64,000 nucleotides of DNA from Fimbriosthenelais zetlandica (GCA_977030845.1 OZ365110.1:35526001-35590000), one strand, 5' to 3'. Shown: positions 41,201 to 56,200, numbered from the stretch's first letter. Translations and numbers: made by a program. Notes: a model not told the origin generated them from the letters alone.

Positions 41201-44200
41201 GCAGACGCTTTGATGACTCTAATAATGGGTTGGATTCTCTGGTATTGTGTTAGTCCCTCAGCCGTTTTATGTGCCTAACAGTATTGAGTGAGACACCGAG
41301 TGTAACAAGGTATATCAGATTCCAGCACAGATTAGGGCTCAGGTAAGCCCGGCTGGGAATTAATAGGATTCTGATGAATAATCCTCACCCATGTCTGTCA
41401 CTGGGCGTGATTTGATGTTATCACTGATAACATTGCTACCCATCAGAGATAAGAAAACGTGTGTGACAAAGCCACTGCTGGAAGCCCGGGCTGGGTGCGG
41501 GAGGAACATTAACAACATCAATGTTATCTGCTCACTGCGCTTATAAAGCAGCTGAGATATGCCTGTATTGCTTTTGGCCCAACACTCCACCACTTGTCTC
41601 TGAGGTAGCCCGATACACCCCCAAAAATGTGGGGAAAAGGCTTGGCCAGCTTATTCAAACCTGGAAATATGCTGGCTCCCAAGTTCAGAGACCTATTAAA
41701 GCATCAATGAGGAAAAGGAATAGGCCAAGATAAGCACGGGAACAATAGAATAATAGATCGAGTTTCGCAGTTCATCACAAATTTGTATATTCCCTACATT
41801 TGCTGGCTTCAAAATGGTGCATGTCTATTGAATTCTAAATGATACACAAAGGGAGAAAAACACTGTTTAAGGTTTATGTTGGCTAAGCTCCATGGATTAT
41901 CCACCTCTGTCTGTCTATCCATGCATGCTTCTATCCAAATAAACCATTTTATTTGATGAATGATGGAAAATCAAGATTCTACGTCGAAATAATGAATCCC
42001 GCTATGCCACCCGTGGCCTCTTCCAAATTGAATTTGTCCTCTAGTTTGCCACACTTAGTTTCTGACTTTTACAAGTTATGTGTTTCTCTTTGCCATTCCA
42101 ATTTATTGCTGCTAAATTAAATTCCTGTCACCGTGCCCTGGAAATTAGTGGCAAATTAGAGAAAGATTGGCGTAGACACCTGTTGATTTCCTGTGCAAAG
42201 GCTTGGCCAATCTACAATGCTGTGATTTGCCTGAGGGCACTGCCCGAGTCAGAGTGTTCTGCATTCCATCACCCTCCCCTCGACACAAAAGATCACAAAA
42301 CAGCTGCCTTCAGTATATATGCACAGTACGTATACTGCGTTAAAGACATGGCCATTTTTATCCCTGCTTTTCCCCTTTCCAACATTGGTAAGAAATGGAC
42401 GTGAGAAAGAAGGATTGAGAAGGATGGAAAACCATGGGGACAGACAAACATTATAGAGTATGCAGACCTTTGCTGGCAAGTGGCTTCTAGACATTCTAGG
42501 AAGTCCCCTATATAAAGATAATGTTCTTGGTTGTAAAATAAATGCACCCATTTACAAAGTTAACTTCCATTTTAATTCTAATGTTAGACACTATACGTCC
42601 CATAGGGTTATTGATCGGAAATATTCTTAAGGTTTGGGGTTCAGGAATGACAGATTCTAATGGATTCTGTGGCCTCCGACCTTAGGATATGACACCTTTC
42701 TGTGACTGTCGGTTATAAACACTCCACACCTATGGGACTATTAGCGCCTCCTTCAAACCTGCGGTCAAACTTCAAGATCCAGATTGCATGTCATTGTGCG
42801 CATGCGCGCTGTAGGAAAGCACGTCCGGTGCAGAATGAGCCTGAGGGAGGCCATATTGTGATGAGGATATGTGTCATTTCCATAATCGCATATATAGTCG
42901 GCACGCCGGGGGCCACTCACTCCCACCTCCCCAACCCATGGCCTCCCAACTCTCATCTCTCCCCCGGTCATCCAGTTTCACTTTGATGTCACTAGAGGGC
43001 AGGTGATACTTAGAGTAAATGGCCCGACCCTACCTGACCTCCCTGTTGGTGGCACGGTGAATTGCCATCAGTTATTTCTATGGTGACAGAAACGAGTCAA
43101 GGAGCCAGTCACTGTTTCCAACACCCCTTGTATACAAAATCCTCCTGAAAAAAGTTGACACTGAGCTTTTTCATCCACGGCCTGAATAGGTTGTACATAG
43201 TTCCATGTATGGGCTATAGCGTCCATTTTAGTTGGACGCTTGTCGGATGGAAACACCTCTTTCATCTTGGCGAGGTATTGGGAGAGAAAAATGAGAGGAA
43301 ACGTGGCTTCAAAATGTCCTATTGTTCACTGCAATCCGGCAGCATGTCTCCACTAATGTTGAAAAATCTTCCCAGCTCATGTGCCTCCTCCATCGATCTT
43401 CCAGCCTGACAGATGTCTTAGTTCTTAATGAATGAAGTAGAGATTTTTTTTCTCTCGATACTTTCCAATCAATGAATCTTCTCCTGATACATGCCCATAG
43501 GCGTGCTCTTGTCAACCGGTCAGATAATATAGCTATGGAGACCGTCCACTGGCAAATGAGGGAATCAATTAGGAGTTTTTCTTCCCTCTCTGACATATAT
43601 GACTTCTTGGAATATCCATCCTTCTCTTTTCTGATTCCCCATATGTCCGATAAATCGACCGATTCACTGCAGTATATATGATATATGCACATCCCCCTAT
43701 ATGGTATTACAATGCCTTATATATATCGATGTCATTTTTTAAAGACAATATTTTTTCATTTTGTATTTCATAGTTGGAGCAATGATACATATAGCTTTAA
43801 GAAGACCTTATCTAGGAGTGAACTGCTGGCAATATTATAATAATTGCGCATTTTTTATTTCCAGTCATCGTCAGAGAGTCATAGCGAAAGTAGATCCAGT
43901 ATCTGTGCTCTATTTACACCAATACCATACCAGATACCATTGATTTATTCTATTATGTCTGTCAGTATGTCTCTAAGATATGACAAATGAGATATCCCCG
44001 AGCAATTGAACAACTAGCTTCTGGGATATGGCTTTGATATGTGCTTGTCTCCGTCCTATACCTTGGCCACTGGCCACCTAGTAGGGACTGGTGCCTTGGC
44101 ACAAACCGTCCACATTGACCTATGATCAAAGGGATTCAATGTATGGTAGGGGCTAAGTCTTAGCATGGCCACCACCTGGGCCCTTTCCCATCTTAAAAAC

Positions 44201-47200
44201 ATGACTCATTCTTCAGTGCCCATATACTCCACTCTAATGACTTCCCCTGCTATACATATACCCTGTATAGAAGTGGAAGCTGAAAATTGATAAATGCCCT
44301 CTTTAGTATAACTTCACTTAGCTAACTCCAAAATATACAACCTTAATATACAACCTTATATACAAAACTTATAGCTTCACAGATTGTCTGATCTCTTTTG
44401 GTTTGCTTCCAATGTGCAGGAATCTGTCAGCCTGATCACCCTGATCATACTGTATTACAGTCGTAATACAGTTCAAAGTAAAGATAAGGAAACACATGAA
44501 AGATAACAGCCCAATTAGTATTAACTCCAGTCTCAATGGCAACCCATTGTCAGCTGGAAGCCATTAAGGTTGGCCAATGTAGATTGATACTGACAAATCA
44601 CTTTTGTACTGCAGTGTATGAAAGAAATTCGGTAAAGAAATGAGCCATGATGGGAAGTGATTTTTTTAGGGAGATCAGTGTTGGTATCAACTGTTGGAGG
44701 ACCTCTCCATGTAAACAGAGATTCATGGGTTTTTGATTCACCTCGCCTGACCTTTAACGCACCTCCGGCCTTTGACCTTTGCTCTCCATGACCTAGAAAT
44801 TTGGTGTATTTAAATGGATTGAATGTTTTAAACTAAAGGTATATTGTGTAGACAGTTTAGATCTGTTCAGGCAGACAGTCAGCAAAAAGGGTGGACGGAC
44901 AATGCAGTAACATGAAGCAATGATTCAGGTATACAGTTGTGAACAATACATTCTTAGCCAGCGTAATAATATTGGTTGTAAGGCCGGAACCCGCAAAGAC
45001 CTTAAAAACGGGTTAGGGAAAAACGACAAAAAAAAGGAGAGAAAGGGTTTAATAATGTTATTGAGAAGGACTCTAACAACATGACTGAGTAATTGAGAGA
45101 ATCAAATGAACAGCAAGGAGGAAAGTAGAGTGTAGAAAAGGCCTCAAGTGAGAAGAGCATGATGAGGTTTTAGCAAAGATGACAGCAAAAAGTTCTCGAT
45201 GAGATGTGTCCTCAGTCTGAGGGACACAAGAAGGAGAACGGGGGGAGAAGGAGAGCGAGAGAAGAAGGAGAGAGGGAGGATATGAAAGAGACAAGACAAG
45301 TATTGTCATATCATCAACTTGACTCAGCCTCTAACCTCCTCCCCCTGCCTGGAGGTATTGGCCTGAGGCTGATAACCACAGCTCGGTCCTCGTCAAGCAG
45401 GGATTACTGACTGATTCCCACCTTAATGCCTTCTTTATGAGCTTCTTCCATGCAATAGACTGGTGTTCATCTTGGCCAGTGATGATTAATTAACCAATGA
45501 TCAATATTTTCAGTGTGAGGACAAGCTGCCGGCCATCATGAGCTTATTGATGTGTTGTGAGCAGCTCCAAATTGATCAATGAATAGAATATAAGGAAGCA
45601 TTTGGACATGGGCGTTTCTATTGATTGCTCCTTCAAAACACCAGTGCCAATAAAGCCCCAAGATCTCAATACATTAGTTTCACAAACTATAATTAACTTG
45701 TCTGAAATGATATCACAAAAGCCATTTATAACAGCTATAATGTACTGTATAATATTGTATATCAAGGATCTTACCTTCTTGCAGTCGCCGCCATTGCAGC
45801 TTTAAAGATAGCACTTGAAACAACCCACTTGAAAAGGAACGCCTCACAAAAGATAGAAAGGATTTCAAAGATGTGTTTTTATCCCTGTATAGTCTAGAAG
45901 AACTTTCACTCGAGTTCAGTTATATGACAAACAATGGATTAAACCAAGATCTAAACACACGACTTATGTACATACCCCACGAACCATACCACTTATAGAA
46001 ATGATCATTATGCTTCATTAACTAATCTAAAATACGAACAGACTGCCTTGGTCCCATCCCCTCCACGGCTTTCACTTCAATGCTTGTTCATAGGAGAGCC
46101 GCCATTGTATTTTAAACGAAAGGACAACGGTCACAGTGCCTCTTGTTATTGAGGACACTATTTATCCGCAATATGGGGATGTTTGTCTTTGCCAACAAGT
46201 CCTTTTCATGGTCACCTTCAACACCTTGTAAAAGACAGCTAGTTCGTGCTGTTCACTGTATACATATCCTGCCCTTATCACCTCCCATGGGGACCGCTTA
46301 AGCATTGTACTGACAACGTTAGAAGTATTGTATTTTAGCACAGACCTCGTTTCAGGAGTTTCGAAATTCAAAAGACTATTATTACCTACCCTGTGCATAC
46401 ACCTATTGTAGGTTATGAGATATCTCTTCTTTGTTTGCTGGTCAAATAACATTATGGGACGTGTGAAAAGCACTTAAATTATACCTTTGCTGTTCATAAA
46501 CCTATAATGACCTTTTAAGCTATGCAGTCACCTGCGCTGAGGAAAGGCCCCCTTCTCATGAAACATTAAGTGATTCTTTTTATAAGTAACATAAAATAGA
46601 CCATCCATCTTCCTACCTTTTAAAATCTATTCCATCCTCCTGTTTTCATCTTGAAACAATCATCTTACAGAGTATTTTTTACACAACAATCATTTGCGCA
46701 TATATTCTTATGGAGACCATATATAAAGTTTCATGTTACCTTTGGTTTATACCTAACAAAGGATCAAACCATTTTCTGTGTGTTAGGAACAGGTCTTGAA
46801 CTCTTTGCAATGACATTCCTCCTATTGACATAACCAGCTAGTGTCTCGGCCCTGACATTGTCACAACATTTTACATTAGAAAATGTATACACAAAGCGAG
46901 GCTATAGCGACCAAGCAAAACCAAACTTTGTAGCTCGTTTGGGCTTATGGCTGTATTTCGTCAGGCCTAATGCGTTAGGTTTCTCGCTCTTTCCAACAAT
47001 TCCCCTCTGATGAAAAAGCACTTTTCCATGACGATTGTGGCCCCATGTTTACCTTCCCTAACCAACATGGCGTCTGATTTATCCAGGCAGCTTTGAAGTA
47101 GACAAAACGTCATGAAAGTGTTTGCACAAGTCGTCCATTCTTTTCCTCCTCCCCAATCGTCATCATGTCAGTCTCCCTTGAATGGAGCCCCCCAAATTTC

Positions 47201-50200
47201 ATGTCCACTTTCCGGGCTGGGAAAATATTATCCTCGAACCACCTATTGATTGGCATTTCAGTGGTATGTGACATCTGCACAGGTCTGAGTGCAGGCAAAG
47301 ACTTTCAAACAGCCAGCCGAGAGAATCAATTCTCGTTCAAATATGTTGTGGGTTTGAAGAGTAACATTTAATTTCACCTGACTGTTTGCAGAGTAAATAC
47401 TCCATGTTTATTGAAAGGAGAGACTTGATGTAGCTTTGAGGTGGTGGAACTTTTCATTCGCGATTCCCCGCTTTATGTGAGCTCGCCAAAATGTGTCACA
47501 GACCTCCCAACCAAATACAGAGTATCCATAATGAAAGAGGATCTCTCATCACTTCCAGTGAAATTTGTCACTCTCAGCCTACATCTAATTGCATCCTCTT
47601 GACACAGAATATAACCTGGCAGGGGTTTTGACACTCTTATGATAACTTGACTACCAAATCCCTTGGGGGATGAATGTATAAGAGCAAAGGCTTTAATACC
47701 TTGCAGTCCCTTCCCATCGTCATTTCTCATGCACTCCTTGTCATTTTATAAACAACCTACCTGCCCATTATAACTATAGTCATAAATATCTTTTAATATC
47801 AAACCTTTGCTGAAATCATTAGCTTTGCGCCATGTCCGTAGCGTTATAGAAGCAGTATAGAACAAGTGATCGAACAAGGTTCTGTATGTATTTAATATAA
47901 AAAGCTTTGTTTGATTCACTCACACTTGTCTGCACCTCTGTATAGAGAAGCATATATGTATTTTGTGGCCATTGAACGTGCCCATGGCGCCATGGACAAA
48001 GCTGATAACATGTGACACAATGTCAAGTGATTCTATAGAGCTTCTATAGACTCCCTATGCAATATATGAAAAGCCTACCTTCATCCTCTGAGTATTTAAT
48101 GGCATTATATTTTTCATCAAGTATAGGAAGTATCGTATACAAAAGCTACATATCTCCCTATATGAGGCAACTATACGAAGACCCTCATTTGTTCGCACCC
48201 ACCATGCTTATTCCACGACTGGGATGCGATGCTATATATAATTTTCATAAACTGTATATCCAATACCACACCATGTATATTTAACCTATCTTTATTGGAA
48301 TTGTCGCTTTAGCAGCCTTGGGCATGAAGAAGGTTTTTTGGGACTCAATTTGTGAGGGGACTGTCATAAAGGGACATTGGATATCAGTGCATTTATTATC
48401 ATTCAACAATCACGAATGGTAGGGTAAAATAACATACTATAGCTGCTTACCCCCAAGGAGGTTTTTCCTCCATTCTTCTCTCTTATTTCCCATTATACTA
48501 CATGGGTCATTCGAGTATGTTTGTTCTGATGGCCCACAAGAATCTTTATTGTAAACTATTAATCATATTCGAGATTGTGAAGAATATTTCTAATTTATTA
48601 CCGTCTCCAGCTGCTGAGCCATACATCCTTAAAACCTTCATTTCTACTGATGTATTCACGGTTGTAGTTCCTCTAAACAAGGTGCTCAATTAGCGTCTAT
48701 CTCACCTGTTTACCTGCCCACCCATGTAGGCCTCCACCAACTCCTGTCTGCACCTGAGCACCAATTCTTTAGCCGTTCAGGTGAATCCGTGGCAGGGTTG
48801 GATCCCTTCTCTGTTTCTCTGTTTATATTGGCCCGCGGCCCTGTATAGAGCTGCATGTCCCTTTATACTATGGTTACGAGGCTGGGCTGAGGACATTTCC
48901 CCACAAATCATCCACATATTTACCCCTCCCTCCCCTTCCCTTGTGTCCGCCCTCTTCCTAATGGTTCTATACATACATCGACCACATCTCTGACGCCACA
49001 AGCGTCTCTCTGGCTTTCCCTTGAAATATATATGATCATCAAACCAGTGGGACCCCATTTAAAGGGGCAAGAATCATAATTCTAATCGCAATCACACATA
49101 TGCCCTTCTCGTTGGCTTTTAAGATATCAGGTTCAGCCATTTGGGATGTTATCCTTGGCCAGACAAGGAAAGGGATAAACTTGAATAATCACCTTTCTAT
49201 GGGGGAAATTCATTGAAGACTTTAATTCTGCTGGTTAGTGTATAGGTCCTGTCAGTCAATCTTTGTGGGGTCAGGGTGCCCTTTAGTGTCGTTACTTTTT
49301 GCCCTGGGATTTTTTTTTGAACACCCCAGTCACTCAAAGACTGAAAGCTGGTCTCAAATCCTACCACTTCAAGGTAGACACCAAGCGCCAGATTATACTA
49401 TATACTTTTATACAGATTTGGCTGTTCAATCCTGACAAGTGGTTAAATCAGGAAGGCCATTGACAGAGTGGTTTAAAAGAACTTAAAGTCGGGGTTTCCT
49501 AACTCCTAACTCTCGCACAAGGTCGATGGGGAGATGATTCAAAACGGGATTGTGTCCGTACATTTAGGAAAGGGCAGATTAGCCAAATTGGAAGGGATTA
49601 CCCCTCGAATGGGTAACAGGTGTCTGTCAGGCAAGCTTTGCCACATTTCTCCCTATGAAAGTCCAGCAGGGCTCCCCAAAGGTTTCTATTTGATGGCTTT
49701 AGTGGGCGACTCGGTCCGCTGTTGCCAGTTGAACAACACCTGCACGGATCCACTGCTTCTGTAGAAACAAGCGATAAATAAAACCACTAACTACTACCAC
49801 TACTTTAACTCCAGTGTGTGTATATATGGGGGAACTACCGGCGCTACTGCAACGGACGGAGTTGCTGCATACAGATTAGCTATTTATTCCCTCTGGGAAC
49901 TGAGTAGAATTCAGTGATGCACCTCTTACCTTTGCCGGAATATTTGGACTAATCAATATAAATCTCCCATCCTTTCCTTTAACTTTGTTCAAGTGGAGTT
50001 TAATTTGGTATGCTTCGAAGTTCGTATGCAACACATATACCAGTGCATGTCCACTTAGCTAAAGTACTCCATTCCAGTCTCCAACACTTCTTAAAATCCC
50101 GAGAGAAGAATATTAAGGATTTTTTAATCTTGGGGGGGAAAATGAAACCGGATTTTTTTTACATTGTGGCTCTTTCTGAAACTGCTCCTCTGGTATTAGA

Positions 50201-53200
50201 TTACAGAGCCACACGGGTCAGGGTGTGAAGGACATGGGAGTCATTGCACTTCTCATATTACATTACATGAATTTCAATTGGTAGGGTTTCTTTCGTTGAC
50301 ATTTTGATTTTTTTCCCGCTGCTTTAACATTATCCATATAAATACGACCTAATGGTGGAAAATAGCTTATACACTAAACACCGAAATTTTTCGATTCATT
50401 CATTAAGGAGGTTGGTCACAATTTCCCGCGGGGGCTTTGGTGCCACATTTAGGTCACCGTTCGGTTCTAATATTGTGTATTTTACGACATATCAAAAACG
50501 TGTATTTTGCCCCAAACCTCTAAATAGCGTGCATCTATATATGTTACCCTAATATGTATCTGGGGATTGGGTAGGGGAAAAATGATATTAAAGTTTCCAT
50601 TGAACATTATGACACTCTATCTGAACTGGCGATCTTGAATTAACTGTAAAAATTATTACTTAAACATTTTTTCATGTCTTATTATTTAGTCCCACCTCAT
50701 CACTTGACTATCACCAGGCTGAGTGTCTCGGATCTCAACCAGACTAGTAATTTAAGTCTATTTAACTTGATAAACGGTGCGGATGTTGTGACTCTCTCGT
50801 AATTCTATCCCCTTTACAACCATTCATCCCACATTTTACCTGTCTAGTGAGAGTTTAGCTCATAAGTAAATATTTTGCCACAGGTGTGGGATGCTCGTCT
50901 TGTCAACTATACATCTCCTCTTGTGAACATGTTCAACTGGCGAGCGAGCCATACTGAGGCTTCCCCCAGACAAGCGGTTGTGTGCTCCCAACCTTGATGT
51001 CTGAACCTAGGTTGCTAAGATGCCCTTAAATTTACCAAAGCAAGGACATGGGATATAGAATAGAATCTTTATAATCTATTCCCAACAATAATGATATAAT
51101 TGAATTCAACCAATGAGTAGATCGATGTATGACAGTCCCATAGCCTGTCACAGGAATTTAAATTTAAATTTTTAATTTCATTGAATGTCGAAAATGTTCA
51201 GCATAGAATTTATGCATTGTTTGCTATTGGTTCATGCTTGGTCCATGGCTTTTTCTCAACCAATCTTTTCCCTTTACTTTGTTGTTTTTTATTCATGCAG
51301 GTTAAAACAAATTATCAGACACCTCCGTTGACATCACTTTACATATATAGGAAGTGCTCTAGACAAAGGCTCTATTTTATAAGCATTTCACAGGGAGCTG
51401 TTAGCTTTTTACAAAGAAAAATCCCCAGTGCTGCATTCATGATTCCATGCTATACTTTGCACTCTCAACACCTGCGTCCCGCGCCTCAAATACTCTATCA
51501 TCATCACTTATAAGGACTAGCATATAAAATAGAATCCAGATTTTTTCCTTGAAAGGTTTTTATTTCATTCGAAAACATTTCCTCAAGTGATGTTGGCATT
51601 GCTTTAACATTACAACCTCTCCCCTATCACTCACTATTTTAGTTATTGAAAGAGTTGAGTAATATTTCTTCAAGTCCGCTGAAGGGTACCTTTATAAATG
51701 TGTACTTTTGAAGGACCAGTCCTAATAGTTGGGTACTTCAGAAGGCAGGCATATTTAAGCCCAAGTGGCGTTACATCTTTGTACCTATTGAAATCCCGGA
51801 ATACTCCCATCTTTCTTTTCTAAAAAAATTCCATAACATGCAAAAATCTTAGGTTTTAATGCATGCTATGTCTTGAATTATCGGAGTTTGATTCAATTTT
51901 AAGACATTGTATGCTACTAGATAAATGATATCCATTATCATCAAGGGCCAATGTTACTGAAACCAATCATCATTTTAATATTAAAGATATATTAATCATT
52001 CTTTATGGATACCTTGATGTGGACATTTAGAGTGATAATGTCTGGTTTTATAGCATGGCAATTAACCCTTAATATCGCTCATGTCAGGCTTTCATGCCTT
52101 TAGGTCGTCCCTTTGACGGTGTACCTTCAATTAGCCTTATATCTAATTGTTAGTGGATGGCGGTCTAACAGTTATATGAGGACATAATGATTAATATACA
52201 TAACCAGCTCTATCATGGCTATACAATAAGATTTATTATAATTTCACTCCCGGGTAAATCTCCCATTGCTATATAATTTCTTTGGCTCGATAATTAAATA
52301 ATGATATATAGACAGGGAACTTTGGCGATTTATCAAGCACTTTTAAATCATTCTAAACAGTATATCAAATTAAACGGTAATGATAATTTAAAACCTTTCT
52401 ACCTCTAACTTCGTCTACCACAGCTTTCCATACTATGCCTCTCAAATCCTTCAAATTTTCTATTTATGTGTCACTTTAGTCTTTATTGTTGGCTATATAA
52501 GTAGTGATCATATATTCTGATAACTAAAGAAAGTAAAAAAAAGTCCTCCAATGAGTCAGCTGATAACTCAATGTATTAAAATGAAGTAGTTTTAGCATGT
52601 CTCTGAACCATTATGTGTATTACTTTAAGCAGGTGAACATAGCTTACATGTTATTTCTTGACCTGAATACCTTGCCATTCAACAAAACATCATTCTTTCA
52701 TCGCGTGTCTCAACCAGCATATTCTGATACCATCACCAGACATGCTTCTTTACTTAAACTTAAAAGCTTTTCAGCTCATAAGCCCTGTCAAAAAGGGCAT
52801 TTTCTAATGCCCTCAGCAAACAATATTGCCCTTTCTTCAAGAGGTTTAATAATTACAGATAATATCTTTCTCTTCACGATGTGAAGTCATGTGCAATGTC
52901 ATATAAGGGTTTTACTAAAAAAATAAAAACCTAATTGCATGCCACGTTTTTTAACACTGATTAAGCCCTTTTTATCATAATTGGTGTAATTAGTATGTTG
53001 TTAATTCTCCCATTATTGGCTGACGTGCATTGCATACCTTGATTATCCGCATGCACGTTATCCCGTGTTATCCCGTGCGTTTTTCACAGGGACAGCTTTA
53101 ATCACTAATATTAGCACCTAGATAAACACAGTGTGGTGAATTGTCTGAGTTCGTGACTCCAGGCTCTCAATTACAGTGAAGCCATGTCTAGTACACTCCT

Positions 53201-56200
53201 GTGAAGAGTTTCATCTCTACGCATCCGACAATACAATTGCTATTTCCTAAAATTGAGAAGCACCACAATGGCCATCTTTTGAACTATTCCCACCTCATAC
53301 TTTGTACTTGTTTCGATTTTCTTACTTGCCTTATCTCATTAATCTTTCCCGATTCGGTTACATTCTGTTAGTTGATATTTGTTTTGAGCAACTAGAATAT
53401 AGAGTCCTTTTCACTTTCTCCATTTAGGTTTTGCAAACTGCGTTAGTAGACTTGCGTTTCATTGCAATGGCCATCTTTTTACCAAGGCATCATGCCCAAC
53501 TGTAATTATATCAAACCACCATTTAAATCGATCCCTTACTCCTGAACCCGGGAGTTATATTTAAATATGATTATCTACAAGACCCATTACTGTCTCAAAC
53601 TTGGTGGGGAGAGTGTCACTCAATTCGATTTTGTGTCAAAATAATCAATAACTTTCACAATAACCCTTCTTTCATTTCCTCTCGTTATATAGGTCAGTTG
53701 TTGGACTTGAAAAACAATGTTACGTCTGTACTTTCACAAAATATTTATAGTATCTCTGAAATTAAATGCAGTTTTAGTACTAAGAAGGGATCAAATGGAA
53801 GGATTTTTGGACTCGGTTTACTCTGCTTAGAGATCGATGGCATGTTTGCAATGAACATCATCATCATCTACAATACAAGTCCATCCCATATGATATATAC
53901 CTCGCCAATGTTGGAGTCTGCCTTGATTTTAAGGAAATAATCCCGAGTCAATGGCCAGCTCGCGTGTTCCATGACCTCCCATTATGGATCATTCACCTGT
54001 GCTTATTTACCGTCCCCCAGTTATGACCTCTAGTAAAGTACATCTTTCCAGGACTTTCCCTAATATCTGACTCTTCCACCATGGCTATATTTGATATTGT
54101 GGTATTATTAGATTATACGGGCCCCAGGAATGTCCCACTTGATTTTTGAGACTAATAGTGGCAACTTAGGAAAAGCCCTTTGAAGTAATGTTATAGAGCA
54201 ACTAGGACATCAACTCTGCACCATAGAACTGGAATAAAACCTGAGAATAACTGTCGAATTTACTTTTTCTTTCAACTTAGGAGTACATTAAATTTCAGCG
54301 AATAATGACTATAGGTACTTTGCATGATCCATTCCATAACCAAGATCAGAGAGATGTATTTAGATAGTCGACTGCCAATTACAGAGACGACCCTCATGAG
54401 TGTCTTTAAAATAAATTGCACTCTACATTTTGAAACAGGACTCCAACTCTAAAACTTTCAGTGTTGCAATAGCCTTTTATGATGAAGATTCTTAAATGTT
54501 CAACCCCGAACTCGCTTCTTGCACAGAGTGATCTATTAACCAATCAAACTCAGCCGTTTCATCATCTCTATGATTTTTTTTCTGTTCACGAGTAATTTGA
54601 GAATCGAATCATTTGGTGCTCCGCTTATTATCTTCATCAATTTTATTTTCCAGAGATCTGAGCAACAACCAAGTGAACTATCAGGCTCCTGACGCCTACG
54701 CCGGTTTGAAGTCGTTAAATTCACTGTAAGTCTATGGTCCTATTAGATGTGCATTTAAACCTGTCATGGTCACGCTATAAACCAATCACTGCCCGCCTAT
54801 ATAGCATGCACTCATACTTACAATATATAAGCCCACACATTTTCCATATTATCAATTCCCCCATCCTCCCTGATATATCTGTATAGTCTGACCTTTTTTC
54901 CATCACTATTATCTTCCTCCCATTTCTGTCTTTTGTTATAATTACCTTCTGCCTGTATTTATCCGTCAATTTCTGGCGAATTGATTTGCCATTGTACAGT
55001 ATAGGACTTCATCATGATCCATCTTCATGATCTGTTTTTGAGCTCAACAGGTCTTTCATTGTAGCGAATGAGACAACCATCATTGTTGCATTGTAGTGCA
55101 ATAGCTCTTTATTAAGTCCACCCATCAATACACATTGTTCATGGTAATTTAACCGTGCATCAGGCTGCCAACCATTGCCAATGTGACAGCTATCTGCAGA
55201 CATGTGCCCTAGCTATCCCCCTATTACCAAGTCTTTGAAGTCCCTTCCTAAGCCTTTTAAGGTTTCAAATTAGCCGAGAAGAGGCTATATTTAAAAAGCA
55301 ATCCTTTCCTTAATGAACCTCTGATTATTACGTGTAAGATTGTACAATTTTTTTATGAAAGTCTGAATGTCTTCGTGTATTTTTAGAGCAACTCTCTAGT
55401 ATTAATTAGGAGGCTTATTGAAAGGCAAGGGCTTCATCTAAGTCTGTGTAGGTTATATAATATGTGACGTCGATGATTTAGTTCTTCAGTCGTATTGTTT
55501 TAGTTCCTCAGGGTCAAATATTGCATATATATGTGAAACATGTCCCCATATATGGAAAAGATATGGACCATGTCCTTATGGAATTATTCTGATCCGAAGG
55601 AATTGAAATCGACAATCATATTCTAATCAACATAATTATTACTATAATATTCCAATTATAACAACTTCAACTTCTTAATGAAATATCAAAGATCTATAGT
55701 TACAAGGTCTAGTTACATCTTCTTGTATGTATAATTCTATTCAAATTAATGTCTATAAAATAATGTTTCCACAGTCTTAAGATTCATTTCCATTTTCAAA
55801 CCTCTCCCAAGCATCCATCATGTATATTACACTGATCACAGTCTAATCCACCCCTCTATTCTCTTCAGAGTTCTATATGGCAATAAGATCACCGATCTAC
55901 CTATGGGCATATTTAAAGGTCTCACCTCACTACAACTGCTGTAAGTACAACTTAATTCTCCCACTACGTTCATCTAATCCGTCTGTAATTACATATACAG
56001 CTGACAAGCAAGGTTAGGATCAAGAAAGGATATATACATGTATACGTGTTATCACGATGGTATAATCTCCGACGGGATTTGTAATGCTGTTCCAGCCATA
56101 TGTCTATTATTTAAAGGATCTCTGTAATACTATAGGCATAGCCATTAATTATTCAGAATCATTATAGCTCCTCCAGCCTCTTTATATTGCTTCTTTATTC

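Noticed and set aside
52062-52070. TTAA-CCCTT piggyBac-like end
   Set aside because: No matching AAGGG-TTAA partner was found nearby.
53698-53770. [16 protein letters not shown] looks like a stray LRR or alternative exon in intron 10
   Set aside because: There is no AG directly before the required phase, no donor at +72, and the later consensus positions are not hydrophobic.
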